Origin: Lepidodermella squamata
Lineage: Eukaryota; Animalia; Gastrotricha
Direction of reading: 5' to 3'
Length of the DNA stretch: 64,000 nt
Assembly (NCBI GenBank): GCA_047495785.1
Contig: JBLDXI010000054.1
Span: 3,844,001-3,908,000, forward strand
Part shown: piece by piece, positions 35,666 to 47,375 of the stretch
Layout: each line of letters begins with the position of its first letter
Numbering within the stretch: position 1 is the first letter of the stretch
Made by a program: the position numbers and the translations under genes
Notes under the pieces: generated by a model
Told to the model about the DNA's origin: nothing
The model's input: only the letters and a program-made list of their open reading frames with translations
Database searches by the model: none

Positions 35666-35749
35666 AAGATTCACCGTGAAGCCATGTGACGTCACATGGC
35701 TTGAAGTATACTTGATCTGAATGCAGCTGAATGCACCACGGTGAATCTT
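35666..35749. repeat. Nested inverted repeats and palindromes
   Basis: A 13-bp IR (35666-35678 / 35737-35749) encloses a 24-bp perfect palindrome (35679-35702) and a 10-bp palindrome (35704-35713). Confidence 0.85.
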
Positions 35750-36572
35750 GCTTCAAGCGACATGGGAATGGAGAACCAGGACCGGTCCAGCCTTTTTCGC
35801 TGGTTTATTATACTGCGACGGACAAACGTGTTAATTTGCATAAATAATATTTAAAAATATCATAAATTTAAGTATTACTTGTGAAACACAATTGTATTAC
35901 ACAACCTTCACCGAATAAGTTTTCAAAATTTTAAATTTTGAATTGCTGAACGCGGCAAACTTTCTTAATGCTGATTACTCATACCTGCTCACACCTTCAG
36001 GTGCTGCATCAAGTCACAGCTTTTACTCTTGGTTCTTGGTTCCTATTTGGTTAGCCGCGTCTCGTGTCTCGTGTCTCGCGTTATTTTTCTTATATATCAG
36101 AGATATATATATCATGTGTCATATATATCATGTCGGAGCTACGAGCTCAAGTCAAAATCTCTGTGGACTGAAGACTGAAGCTGTGTGTCCTCTGATCGTA
36201 GAGCTTAGTGTATATTTTTCCCTTAATTCGGCTATTTTGTTCTGGAGTTTTATTCTGATGTAATGATTTAGTTTGTGGTTAGGTGTTAGGTTGATCGTTT
36301 CATGATTCATTGAATTGTTATCAGTAAATTATAAATAAGAAGTTTAGCATTTAGCTGAATGCTTAACGTAGTGTTATGTCATTTTTAATGTAGAAAACTA
36401 GATAAAAGACTGTTTCATTTTGAATTTGCATCAGGCGTCAGCTAATAGACTTCATAGATTATTTAGGCTTTCATACCTATGGTCTGTTTCGGAAATCGGA
36501 AACCGTAATTTACTTATGCTATGACTTATTTGACTTCTTGTAATTATAGTTTTGTTATTGACACTTCCAATA

Positions 36573-37297
36573 ATGCGTGAGTACAAACTGGTGGTTCTGG
36601 GAAGTGGAGGCGTCGGAAAATCCGCTCTGGTTAGTTTTGTTGCTTGATTGATTTGATCCAAGTACATGTTTCATCCCTCATTAGACTGTGCAATTCGTTC
36701 AAAATATCTTTGTGGAAAGATACGATCCGACCATCGAGGATAGCTATCGTAAGCAAGCTGAAATAGATGGCCAGCAATGTGTCTTGGAGATTCTAGATAC
36801 CGCAGGTATGATTCATTAATCTAACACGACTAGCATTTCTGATATCGCTTTTCCTATCAGGCACTGAACAATTCACAGCCATGCGTGACCTTTACATGAA
36901 AAATGGGCAAGGATTTCTCCTTGTTTATTCAATCACCGCCCAGTCGACGTTCACCGATTTATACGAAATTCGTGACCAAATTCTTCGCGTGAAAAATACT
37001 GATCAAGTTCCGATGGTCCTTGTAGGAAACAAGTGCGATTTGGAGGATGAACGCGTTATTCCTCGCGAGCAGGGCATGAACCTGGCGCGGCAATGGAATT
37101 GTCAGTTCATGGAGACATCTGCAAAGGTGAAAGTGAATGTGAATGAGGTGTTCTACGATATCGTGCGGCAAATAAACAGATTCCAGTCTCATCGAGGAGC
37201 ACCTGTGGTCCAGGGTAGACACCCAGTTAATGGCCGTTCTGCGCCGACCAAATCTTCGAAGGAGAAGCAAGGCTGCTGCACTTGTTCTGTTATCTGA
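36573..37297 (+). CDS. RAP1: Ras-related GTPase Rap1, 3 exons
   Basis: [19 protein letters not shown]|[23 protein letters not shown]|[28 protein letters not shown] and CAAX CSVI. Introns 36630-36684 and 36806-36860. Confidence 0.95.
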
Positions 37298-39152
37298 TTA
37301 CGTGGTTTTGTCTTCTCTCACCCCGTTTTGTATTGACTACCAATTTGAACAATTATCGCTATTCAAATCCTATTTCATGAATTTTAGAGCTTCCGTCGGC
37401 TTATCGCTTTCTTTAGATGCAACCTCTGTTCCCATTTATCGTATACTTCGCGCTAGCTGGTCGCCTCATGCTCGGTTGCAAAATCCGGATAAAATTATTG
37501 CAATTATATGAAAGTGTTGTCTGTGCATTTCTTTATTGCAACTTTTTCAATGAAATCTGCTCGTTAATCCAATTATTAATATTATTATTATTCTTTGAAT
37601 TTACTTAACCTAATTAATAATTTTACGCCTGCTTCCAAATAGCGGAGATAATGAACATTTGTTGTTTTCTATTTTGCTTGTCACGGATCGTTTGCTTACG
37701 ACAAAGCGGTTGTTCTCAATTCCAACGCTGCTAATTTTGCTGCGTATTTCTCTGGCGTTGTGCTCCAAATAAATGTTAATCTACTTGCTAATTATTGAGA
37801 TATCGTTCCAAACGATCAGCTGCTGCAGCAAAAAAGCAGACTCACTGTGGTATTATTTATACTTGATTGTCGATGTGGAAAATTTGATACTTACTGCGCC
37901 TTGGCGCAAAATAATTGGCGCTTTTGCCGTTGCCGGCTCGTAGAAATCTCTTCAACAGTCAAATATCATAGCACACGCTAATAGCCTTGGTGAATTCAAT
38001 GTTATGCGATAAACAACACCTACTTTTACTGCATTGTCTAAGCCGTAAGGTGAACATATACCTCTACTACTGTTATAAACTGACGCGCGCGCCATCTCAG
38101 CCTCACAGTCGTTCTGTATATTGTTCTCTTGTCGGATGTGCGGTAGTAGCAGTAGCTTTGCGGCTAGGACAAGAGTAATGGCATTTACCCTTTCCGCCGT
38201 GTGGGCTCTACCAGTCGAGTGACCCACCATTTGTGCTTTGTCTTAATCGTGCGTTTGTGTGGTCAGCTCCTATGCCATGCTACGCATGCAACAGCAGCAG
38301 GAGGACCGACGGCCGGATGGCGCTCGATATTAGTATTATCACTGCTAATAAGTTGCTATATTGTCCACATCGACATCACGTCGTTCGAGCGTGGACAACC
38401 TCCACTTGACTTGTTGTTGCCGTGGTGGAACGCTGCTGCTTCTGCTGCTGTTATAAAACTGATACGATTGTTACTGCTACTGATAATGGCGACTTCTTCT
38501 ACTCCTGACTCGAATGCTTTTGTATAAAACAACATCGTAGGACTTGAATTTCTTCTCGCATGTGAATCACAAATAAATGTAATGCAACGCTTCAAATTCG
38601 GGAATAAAACTCATAATGACTCTACTTCTCTCGTGTTTATTACCCAGGGTAGATTGTCAAATTGGGGCTGGCTTTCCAAATATTCTGATCTAATAACCAG
38701 CAATTTTATTAATTTTCATTACGCCTTCCCTGAAATTCGTAAAAAGACAAAAATTGCGCAAAATATGTTTTATTTTCACTCGCATATATCAATCCAATTT
38801 TTATTGGCATTTCATGGAATGACAGCCGCAGACCTTGGTTTGAGCTTCGACATGGCGCAGAATAAAGCACTGGCTGTAGCTGAGGATTAAAATTGGAAAT
38901 AATAGCACATAATATTCTCTCATCACACTTGCTCGTATCATCACTCACTTCAACTCAACAAGAAAAAAAACCACCGCAAAATATTTTGATTCTGTCAGCA
39001 GTAAGATCAGCCGTAACTTTATCGCAAAAAACTTCATCTTGAAAATACAATATTACTATGGTAAGAGGTGAACCAAGTTTCAACTCGACAGGGATAACAA
39101 TGTGCGATTACAGGAATAGCATAATACTAAGCTCGTATTCTCAGAAGGCTGG

Positions 39153-40877
39153 TTACAACTTGATGGGCGTGTCGCGGAGTTTCGCAACTTTGATGCCACC
39201 ATTGAGCCGGGTGGTTAACACGCACTCTTTGAATAGCGCCACACCAGATCCGTCGATACGCAGACCAGCCGCCAGCTTCGTCCATTTCTCTTTTTCAGCA
39301 GGTTTACCACCGGCATTCAAATCGCCTGAAACATTCGGGTTTGCTTTCGTCACAGAGTCGAATGTGTCGGCTAAAACGAAAAGAGATAAATTAAAAAAAA
39401 AAGCCCACCTTAATTGTTCGAACTTACTTTCAGGGTCCGTTAGGGCGACAATGCGGTCACCTACAGCGACGCCGTCAGGCAGAATGAGCAGTTCAGTCTC
39501 GCCGCCCTGTTCTGGGGGCTGGTTCGAGACAACAGACAGAATGAGAGCTTCCGACGGATGGCCCCTGAATTTACTAGGCTTGATATTGTGTACATACGGC
39601 ACAAGTTTGCCCACTGACAGCACTTTCGCTAATCCATTAGGTACAACGGCATTTCGGGGCTGAGCACCGCCGGCGGTTTCCAGCAGAACTACGCTCAAGT
39701 GATCGGCACTCGGGTGCGCCTTAATTTCAACAACCTTGCCAATTTTTATGTCCATGGACGAGTTGAAAAAGTCGGCATCTTCCGTGCCGAGGCATGGCGC
39801 GTTCGCCGGAGCCGCGCTCTTAGCCGCATTGTCCGTCTTCTTCGGATAGGCCAAATTCATCGATTTCTGAAGCTCGGCGTCGCTTTCGAATTTCGCGCGA
39901 ACTGGGCTCAAAAATCGATCAATGTAACGGGTGACGCTCTCTTTGAGATCGGCCGGGTGCAGTTGCTGGTCGGCGAACACCTTTTCGATCGGCTCGAATT
40001 CTTTGAAACGCAGCGTGCCGCCGTTCTCTTCCGCTCTTTCAATCACAAACTCCTCGCCGTGGTCAAACAGCAGAGGGCAGATGACGTAACGAACGAAAGA
40101 TAACACGCCGTTGTTCGTAACATTTCCAGGTTCGCAAAACGCGCGTTTCAGCTTTTTACGCACAAGTTCTGGCGGGTCGAGTAGATCAATCTTGGAGTCC
40201 TCCTCAGATGAGCTCATTTTATCGCCGGTTAGACCGGGAACCATCGGGTTCATCAAATGAATCCGCTTCTTGTAACCCATGTGCGGCAGGTACTTTTCGG
40301 CGTACGTGAAGATTTTGCGTTGATCAACACCGCCGAACTGAGCGTCGCATCCGAGGTACTGCTCGTCGAGGGCCTGGAGTAACGGGTACAACAGGGAACT
40401 GACAGCCGGGTGGTCGGACTGCTTTACGACCTCGGCGCCAGCTTTTTTCGCGTCATGTTGAGATGTCAGCGATGTCAACCGGTAAACGTCAAGGGTGTAC
40501 TCTTTCGACAACTGGTACTCGCTGCCTCGAACGAATCGCAACTTTTCGAGCGGTACGCCGATCGAAGACAGGAGGCCGCGAACAGCTGCTTCGTAATAGC
40601 GAACACGGTGGTCGAGCAGTTCCCAGGGTGTTTTCATCGCGTCCAAGCAGGCGTGAAGATCGGCGAGAAGGACGGTGACTTCACAGCCAGCTTTCAGAAA
40701 ATCCGCCAACTTCATCATCGGCAGCAAATAGGCGACGTGGGGCCGGCCTGTAGTCGCAGTTCCCCAGTAGATCTTCGGGTTATGACCTTCATTTAGCATG
40801 GTCTTCAGGGTTTCGGCACCGAGAACTTCCTGCAAGTTCCGCGTGATGAAGTAAAATCTCTCCTCAGCAGTTGACAT
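39153..40877 (-). CDS. YARS1: Cytoplasmic tyrosyl-tRNA synthetase with C-terminal EMAP II-like domain
   Basis: [30 protein letters not shown], and an EMAP II/tRNA-binding OB domain. Probable 57-bp intron 39371-39427. Confidence 0.96.
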   Translation of the reverse strand: MSTAEERFYFITRNLQEVLGAETLKTMLNEGHNPKIYWGTATTGRPHVAYLLPMMKLADFLKAGCEVTVLLADLHACLDAMKTPWELLDHRVRYYEAAVRGLLSSIGVPLEKLRFVRGSEYQLSKEYTLDVYRLTSLTSQHDAKKAGAEVVKQSDHPAVSSLLYPLLQALDEQYLGCDAQFGGVDQRKIFTYAEKYLPHMGYKKRIHLMNPMVPGLTGDKMSSSEEDSKIDLLDPPELVRKKLKRAFCEPGNVTNNGVLSFVRYVICPLLFDHGEEFVIERAEENGGTLRFKEFEPIEKVFADQQLHPADLKESVTRYIDRFLSPVRAKFESDAELQKSMNLAYPKKTDNAAKSAAPANAPCLGTEDADFFNSSMDIKIGKVVEIKAHPSADHLSVVLLETAGGAQPRNAVVPNGLAKVLSVGKLVPYVHNIKPSKFRGHPSEALILSVVSNQPPEQGGETELLILPDGVAVGDRIVALTDPESKFEQLRWAFFFNLSLFVLADTFDSVTKANPNVSGDLNAGGKPAEKEKWTKLAAGLRIDGSGVALFKECVLTTRLNGGIKVAKLRDTPIKL

Positions 40878-41167
40878 GACTTCAAACTCAAATCTAAATT
40901 TACTAAATGTCTATAAAAACAAGGAAATGACTGGTTTTCAAATCAGGAATGCAGATGAATATGCTCCAAAACGCGTAATCTTACGCAATTAGACGAAATA
41001 CGGTGGTCATTCTTGGCATACTTTTGCGCCAAATGATAACGCATGCAGATAACGATGAAAAACGCAAAAAAACCGAGTTTTTACGTGGGAACCGTCACAA
41101 ATGGGTTAAAACCGAAATTTAATTTCAAGGTGCCAAATCGAACAAAAATATACTGAAAATACCGAAT

Positions 41168-42692
41168 TTATTTAGTCCTTCGAATCCTGCAACAATAGCT
41201 TGGCCCGAAATTGGCGGTTAAAATGGGCGCTGCGAGGTAGCCGAACCGTGACCAGGATGCGTCAATATTGAGCAGTTGCCTATCTGTAATGAATTTGCGG
41301 AAAGGCGCCGGGTCTTCGACCACGGTTTCGATATTGAACTGTTCAGCGGCCATTTTCAACGCCGCAAATACCACGCCGTCATTTTGACCAGGAGCCAAGG
41401 TGCAGGTTGAGTAAACAACAACGCCACCGACAGCACAACACCTCAGAGCAGCTACTAGAATGTCTCTTTGCTCTTCAGGTAAAGCCAGTCTTTCCTTATG
41501 ACGACTCGGTTTAAACCAGTTATTTTCGTCGTCCGAAACTGAGATGCGGTCATTCAGGCAAGGAGCATCGACTAGTACTTTATCGAAGCCCGGTAAGGCT
41601 GAGCTCAGGCTTCGATAACTACCGCAGTGGTGATCAGCGAACGAAACTGCGTCACAACCGGGGAAAAACTCAAGAGCACTAGACAGGTAATCTTGAGGTA
41701 GATACGCTGACATTGTGTTTTGCAAACGCTTCGAACGAGACGGGGATTTATCGACGCAGACCAATTTGCGAGGCGAGCAAGTCTGTAAAATTGTCAACGA
41801 TTTCCCACCCGGCGCCGCACACAAGTCTAAAACTCGCTCGTTATCTTTTGGATCCAAAGCCAAAACAGTGAAAATTGAAGCCAGGTCAAGCAAATAATAA
41901 GCTGGTTGCGAAGAAACGAAAACAAATTAAAGACTAATTTTCTAAATTCTTGAAAAAATACTGTAAAGCCCATCTTTTCCAGGTCTAGGCTCTGGGAAGC
42001 GAGAAACTTGGGCCGGCGGGAAGGTGAAAACCTTCAAACTCGGGGGAAACACTTTGTCGCATGAAGATGACCATTCCACAGTTTTAACGGCAAAACCCTC
42101 ATCTGCAGAATCCGATTCATTGCCAACAAACAGCCGTTCTTCGCCCATTTGCTTCTCATCAGCTGGAGTGACTATTGGCGGAGGCGGCATGAAGGAGTCG
42201 AGGCCTTGATTTTTTGGAGGAAGTTGGTCGGGAGATTCATCAACATCTAACCGTTCTTGAAAATCGGAATGTTCCCATGCTGATTTTTCATCGATAACCT
42301 CAGGCTCCAAGTAGAATGACCCGGATTTTGACGGTTCAGGTGGTACAATATTGCAGCCGAGATCGATTAGATCAATCAAGGTGGCTGACGAGTTGTTACT
42401 AAAGCGGTTCAACAAAGCGCAATGACTCTTCCGGCAAAGCAAGGCCAAACGCATCGAAGCCCATTTATCAGACCCGAAAACTGAGGGGTAGTAAGAGTCG
42501 AAATACTTCAAAGCACGGTCGCTGTTTTCCTCAGGCCGGCGGTAGGCAGACTAGGCATATCACAGTTAGGAAGCAGGCCTTGCTAGTAAAGTATATCATG
42601 TTGCTTACCCACTTCTCTTTGACCTTCCACCGCTTAACTGTGACGCAAACGCTACCACTCGGCCGCCGCGTAAACACATTTCGTAAAAGCAT
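41168..42692 (-). CDS. NSUN4: Mitochondrial rRNA m5C methyltransferase NSUN4 homolog, 3 exons
   Basis: Basic N-terminus MLLRNVFTRR..KEKW|..RALKYFDSYY..FG..WASMRLALL, YYLLDLAS, VLDLCAAPGGKS, DKVLVDAPC, VVYSTCTL, ANFGPSY. Confidence 0.88.
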
Positions 42693-42976
42693 GACCTAAA
42701 TTACATAGAGACACGGTCGTTTTCACCAATGCGTAGATTTTTATATCGAAAACAACAACCATTCAAAACACAAAAAATTTGGCAGCTTTATATATAAAAA
42801 AAGAAGGAAATTCAACATCTAGATTTTTTTTATCAAATCATCATCATCATCAAAAAAGGGAAAATTACGACAAGATGTATTTTAAAGTATCATCATCATA
42901 AAAAGCAGTCGCCATTATTTACACAACGAGGATTGCTACCGGCCAGCTCTATTGTACAATTTTACAATATAAAAAT

Positions 42977-44384
42977 TCAGAAATTATCGTCATCATTCCC
43001 ACTGCTGCTGCTACTACTGCTGCTGCGATTCTCGTTGTGATTATCGTGGTTCATCACCGGAGATGGCGATGACTGGTCCTCGGCCGCCACAAGTAAGTCT
43101 TTGTAGTATTCTTTAAGGCGGACGTGCCACGCTACGCTGGTAACAGCAGAAGTCGACCGGAACTGGTGGACCACTCGTCGTGGGATAAAATAAAGATCAT
43201 TGTTGTGCAGCGAAATCGACGCGAATTTCACGCCGTCTCGCCGAAGCAGGTTCAAATCGGCCAGGTCGAGCCACTTGATGCACTGTGAGTAAGGCGGTTC
43301 GTGCAGATCCAATTGAAGGCGCTTAACCAGAAGCTCGAAGGCGGAGGTGTCAAAACACACCACGTCTTTGACTAGATGTCCGCAATCACTGTCTTCGTGC
43401 AACACGCAGCACTGCAAAAACCCGACAGCGGCTGTAGTTCGTTGGTACAGCCCACCGTCGACGTGATCAGCGTGAGGCCGCGTGCGGTCTTCAACTTTAA
43501 TTTCACGCGGTTCGATGGTTTTAGTCAACGCTAGCAATTCCCGCTTGCAGCGTTGCCGTTTCGCTGGTGAGGCAGATTTGTCATTCAATTTCGAGGTCGC
43601 TTTGTGCTTTTTCAGCTGTGAGGGCAACACTACCTGCTCGCCAGATCGTGTCCAGGCAATAGGGCCGTCGTTGGACTGCTGACGATTTATTTGCCCGTAC
43701 AGAATCGACGCCGAGCCCCAAGGCAACATGGGTCCGATGAACGGATGAGATTCTAATGCGTCAAGATAATTCGGAAAGTATCCACCGGATTCCTCAGATG
43801 TACATCCTATCAAATAATAAGATAAAGCTCAATTGCATTGCAATATTAATAGCCAAATACTCACCAGTCAGGTTTATTTGATGCATCGGCCCAACGTTAG
43901 CAATACCGTTTACATAGGCTTCCTTCAATTCGTTGAAGTAATCAGCAAATGCCAGTGTTCTTATAGTGTGTTGCTCAGTCAGGCAAGTGGGCGATTTGAT
44001 AGTTAAATTTGGACTGTCTTCAGATAAATGCGTTAACAAATGAGGAACATCAGCAGCTCCTTGATGAACTATTGCCATCACAAAATTGGAATTGCCATCG
44101 GAGTTCTCCGAAAAAGCCAACCGGATAAAATCTGACGCGATTTCGTTAGAATCTACATTGCAATAAGCCGCTTCCTCGGCGATTTCCGAGGGGAATAAGT
44201 GAAGGACACACGCTCCTCCGTTGGAGTCTCGCTGCACATGGTACAGATGCTGGAATTTAGAGTCGATATCCAGGTATCCATGACCCATGCATCGGTAATT
44301 GAATAAAGGGCATTGATTCTTTTTCTTGTCCGCCAGCAAAGGTGGCCCCAACTCCTCTTTCACCTCAACTTTCACTTCGCTCAT
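42977..44384 (-). CDS. RSBN1: RSBN1/KDM9-like protein, 2 exons
   Basis: [17 protein letters not shown]|..[63 protein letters not shown]. Confidence 0.88.
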
Positions 44385-44609
44385 GTAATTTTAACAGCCT
44401 AAAAACAGGTAAAATCAAGTTATTTCTTTTAATATGCACAGGTGCAATCCCGCGAAAGTTAGTCTCAAACAAGAGAACGTCATAAATATTAAGGTTATGC
44501 CGATTTTTAACCAACCGCAATAGAACTTCATCAAAAGTTTACATATAATAGCAGTTTGCATTTAGATACCGTAAACATTTACTGAAATCACATGCACAGA
44601 TCATACTGA

Positions 44610-45452
44610 TTATGCGCCAGAATAAAGCGCAATCAGATATCCGTAGAACAGGAAAATTGGATATGCAAATAGTGGCCGCCGAGATGTAAGACCGCCAGCA
44701 GAAATCATGGCAGCAAATGCGGCCATTGCCGACACTGTCGACCAAAACATAGCAACTCCTTTGAGAAAAAATGCAACTGGACTAAACGGCTCTTCAATGT
44801 TGCTCTGGCCCTCTGTAGAGACTAGCGCAGCCGGGGTAAATGCAGGCAGAGCAACTGCGATTAAAGCCAGCGGTAGCGTGGAATATCCAAGAATACCCAA
44901 GCACAATGAATAGGTCAACTCGGCGCCAAGACCTCTAGCGACAATAAAAATTATGAAAGAGCCTGCGAGCCATACCACCAAGACTGAGGGTAGGACGCGA
45001 AACTGTCCGAGAGCTGAAATGATGGCATACGCAAAGACGCACGCTAACGGGCCCCAGAAATCAGGCGAGTTTGTATCGAATTGTTCGTTGCGACTGGGTA
45101 AGGGTAGCAGTACAGAGCGAATGCGATTGGCGATTTGAGTAGGCTGAATATCCAGCTCTTCAAGTAACGAGACATTGGAATCATCTTCATCTTGCTCAAC
45201 TTCCATCATCCAACCGAATCCCTTCTGCTTCAAGAAGCCATTTACGCGGGTAGAGTTCACGCTTCCACCAAGAGAAAACGGCGCTGTGTTATTCCCGAAG
45301 TACGAAGATGCGTAGCTTTGAGTTTGTGGTTGAGAAGGCACAGCTCCTAGGTCGGTTGGCACAAAGCTTAAAGATTCGGGCGACAAAGGCTTGCTAGAGT
45401 TCGCTGGTGCAGCGCTCATATCAATTTGCACAAACTTATTCTCATCGCCCAT
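44610..45452 (-). CDS. YIPF4: Yip1-family protein YIPF4
   Basis: GFGWMMEV..SLLEELDI, PDFWGPL, LGILGYSTLPL, YPIFLFYGYLIALYSGA*. Intronless CDS. Confidence 0.9.
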   Translation of the reverse strand: MGDENKFVQIDMSAAPANSSKPLSPESLSFVPTDLGAVPSQPQTQSYASSYFGNNTAPFSLGGSVNSTRVNGFLKQKGFGWMMEVEQDEDDSNVSLLEELDIQPTQIANRIRSVLLPLPSRNEQFDTNSPDFWGPLACVFAYAIISALGQFRVLPSVLVVWLAGSFIIFIVARGLGAELTYSLCLGILGYSTLPLALIAVALPAFTPAALVSTEGQSNIEEPFSPVAFFLKGVAMFWSTVSAMAAFAAMISAGGLTSRRPLFAYPIFLFYGYLIALYSGA

Positions 45453-46064
45453 CTTTCCAAAACTTGAAAAGATCTATAAAAATACGTATGGATTATCTGA
45501 AAATAGGATCTTTCAAAGCGGTGTGTCAGTTTCAAGGATACAAAAGAAGCGGGGCACAAAATATATAGAAAACGTCCGTCGTGTTTTCAAGTTGTAAGTT
45601 GTAAGTTTATTAGTGGATATTGGTTTGTTGGTTTGGTTTCCAATGAACTAATAGTCACTCCAAATGTAAGACACAATAGGATATTCCATATATTCCAACA
45701 AGTAACGCATACAAGGTATGCGCATCCATCAGATACTTCAAGTCCTTCAAAAAAAATTGAAGCGAAAACTCGAAAAAGATGAATCAACCCGCGCAATCCA
45801 CGCTAAAAATTGACCTTCACCAAGCTTGTCAAATTTCTATTGGAATTGTAAACATTTTTTTTTATTGATATCACTGGCATAATTTTAGTATTTGTAGCCC
45901 GCGAAGGTTTTTCAAGAGCCCGCTGCGGCGGCCGCCGGGCGCCGCGCAGGGTGTGGTTTGGCTCTTCTTTTTCGGAAGCCGGCTAGCCTCGGAAGTTGGA
46001 AGCCTGGGGAGCCTTGGAAGCCGCGAATGTCTAGCGTAGTATTGCCTGCTTTGTACGCTGCATA

Positions 46065-46685
46065 CCGTCAAATGGGGTGACTTTAGCCAGTGGGGCGACA
46101 TTGCCATAGGTTTTTGCGATCGAGTTTAGATCGCACACGCTGTCCATATCTCATGCATGATGTATGTGAAATAGGATGTCAACGGAAAGCCCTGAGTATG
46201 CTGAATTTAATTATATACCTTGTGTTGCTGTTTGAACAGTATCCAATTCACAAACTGACGTTTGATACTGGCAAAGTCACCCCGCAGACGGTTTAGATGC
46301 AGATGGGGCGACTTTGCCCTAACTCCAACCGCAGGTGGAAAGGCGGATACCTCTCAAGTGGGGTACCGCTGGATAGCTTGTGTCGGAGATTGCTCGATAA
46401 TGACAAAAAAATTTCTTTTTGATCACACCTGGTCGACTTGAAGAGTCATCTAAATTCTGCCGAAAACTCTATTTTTTAGCTCAACTTTACCTGTGTTTAA
46501 TCACCAGGTATTGTGAAGGGCTGAAGTATGTTCAAGGCATTCCAGCTGGTCTTTTCTTGGGCTTTCCAACGGTACCCCACTCAAGGGGCCTTTATCTTGA
46601 TACCTCTGAGATATGGCTATGCGAAAGTCGCCCCGTTTTTCCGTGGCAAAGTGACCCCGACTGGCAAAGTCGCCCCGTTTGACGG
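46065..46685. mobile_element. Tc1/mariner-pogo-type MITE (621 bp) with TA target-site duplication
   Basis: TA|CCGTCAAATGGGGTGACTTTAGCCAG at the left end and CTGGCAAAGTCGCCCCGTTTGACGG|TA at the right end. A GGGG(C/T)GACTTTGCC motif is repeated sub-terminally and internally. No transposase ORF. Confidence 0.85.
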
Positions 46686-47375
46686 TACCTTTCTTGTAGT
46701 AAACTTCGGCTGTTTGGGCTTGAACTCGATACTACTATCTGAATTTATTTGAGGTCAGAAACGTGAAACGTTGTCGAATTGTATTGAAGCTTCGAGGTTA
46801 TCCAGTGTCCAGTGTTCCGGCATGCGCAATGAACAGGGGGCTTGTATGTCTAAACCATAAGCCATTTTACATCGAAATTGTTAGCCTTTTGCACAAATAT
46901 CCAGCTGATGATGCAAGCCCTAAACTCGAATCCCTAAGTGCTAAATGTTACTGGTCTAACTGTTAAACATCGGACGTCATCCGGGGGTGACGAAGTTTTC
47001 ATATATTCTTTCATCATTGATCTTATTATCGTCGCCCGGCATACTTGATCATGCCCACTTCCATGGGAGACTGGTGCCTCATCACTCTTACCGTGGCAAG
47101 GAGAACTTCACCGTTTGACAGTAATGGGAAATATCAGATAAATCCGGTCTTCTCTGTCCTCTGTCCTCTGTTAGTTGGATTGTTGCTTTTTTGTATGTAT
47201 CTAATCGAAAAAGTTTATTGCTTTTTTCATTCTGACATGACCACTGGAAGTGTAGATTGACTCGAGGACTGTGGTCACAGTGTCTCCTATTCATTTCGTC
47301 TATTCATTTCACAATTCGCAATTTTTCTTCATATTTAGAAGTTGATTTAGCCAAGTTTGCGGCCTCTCCGGCAGA

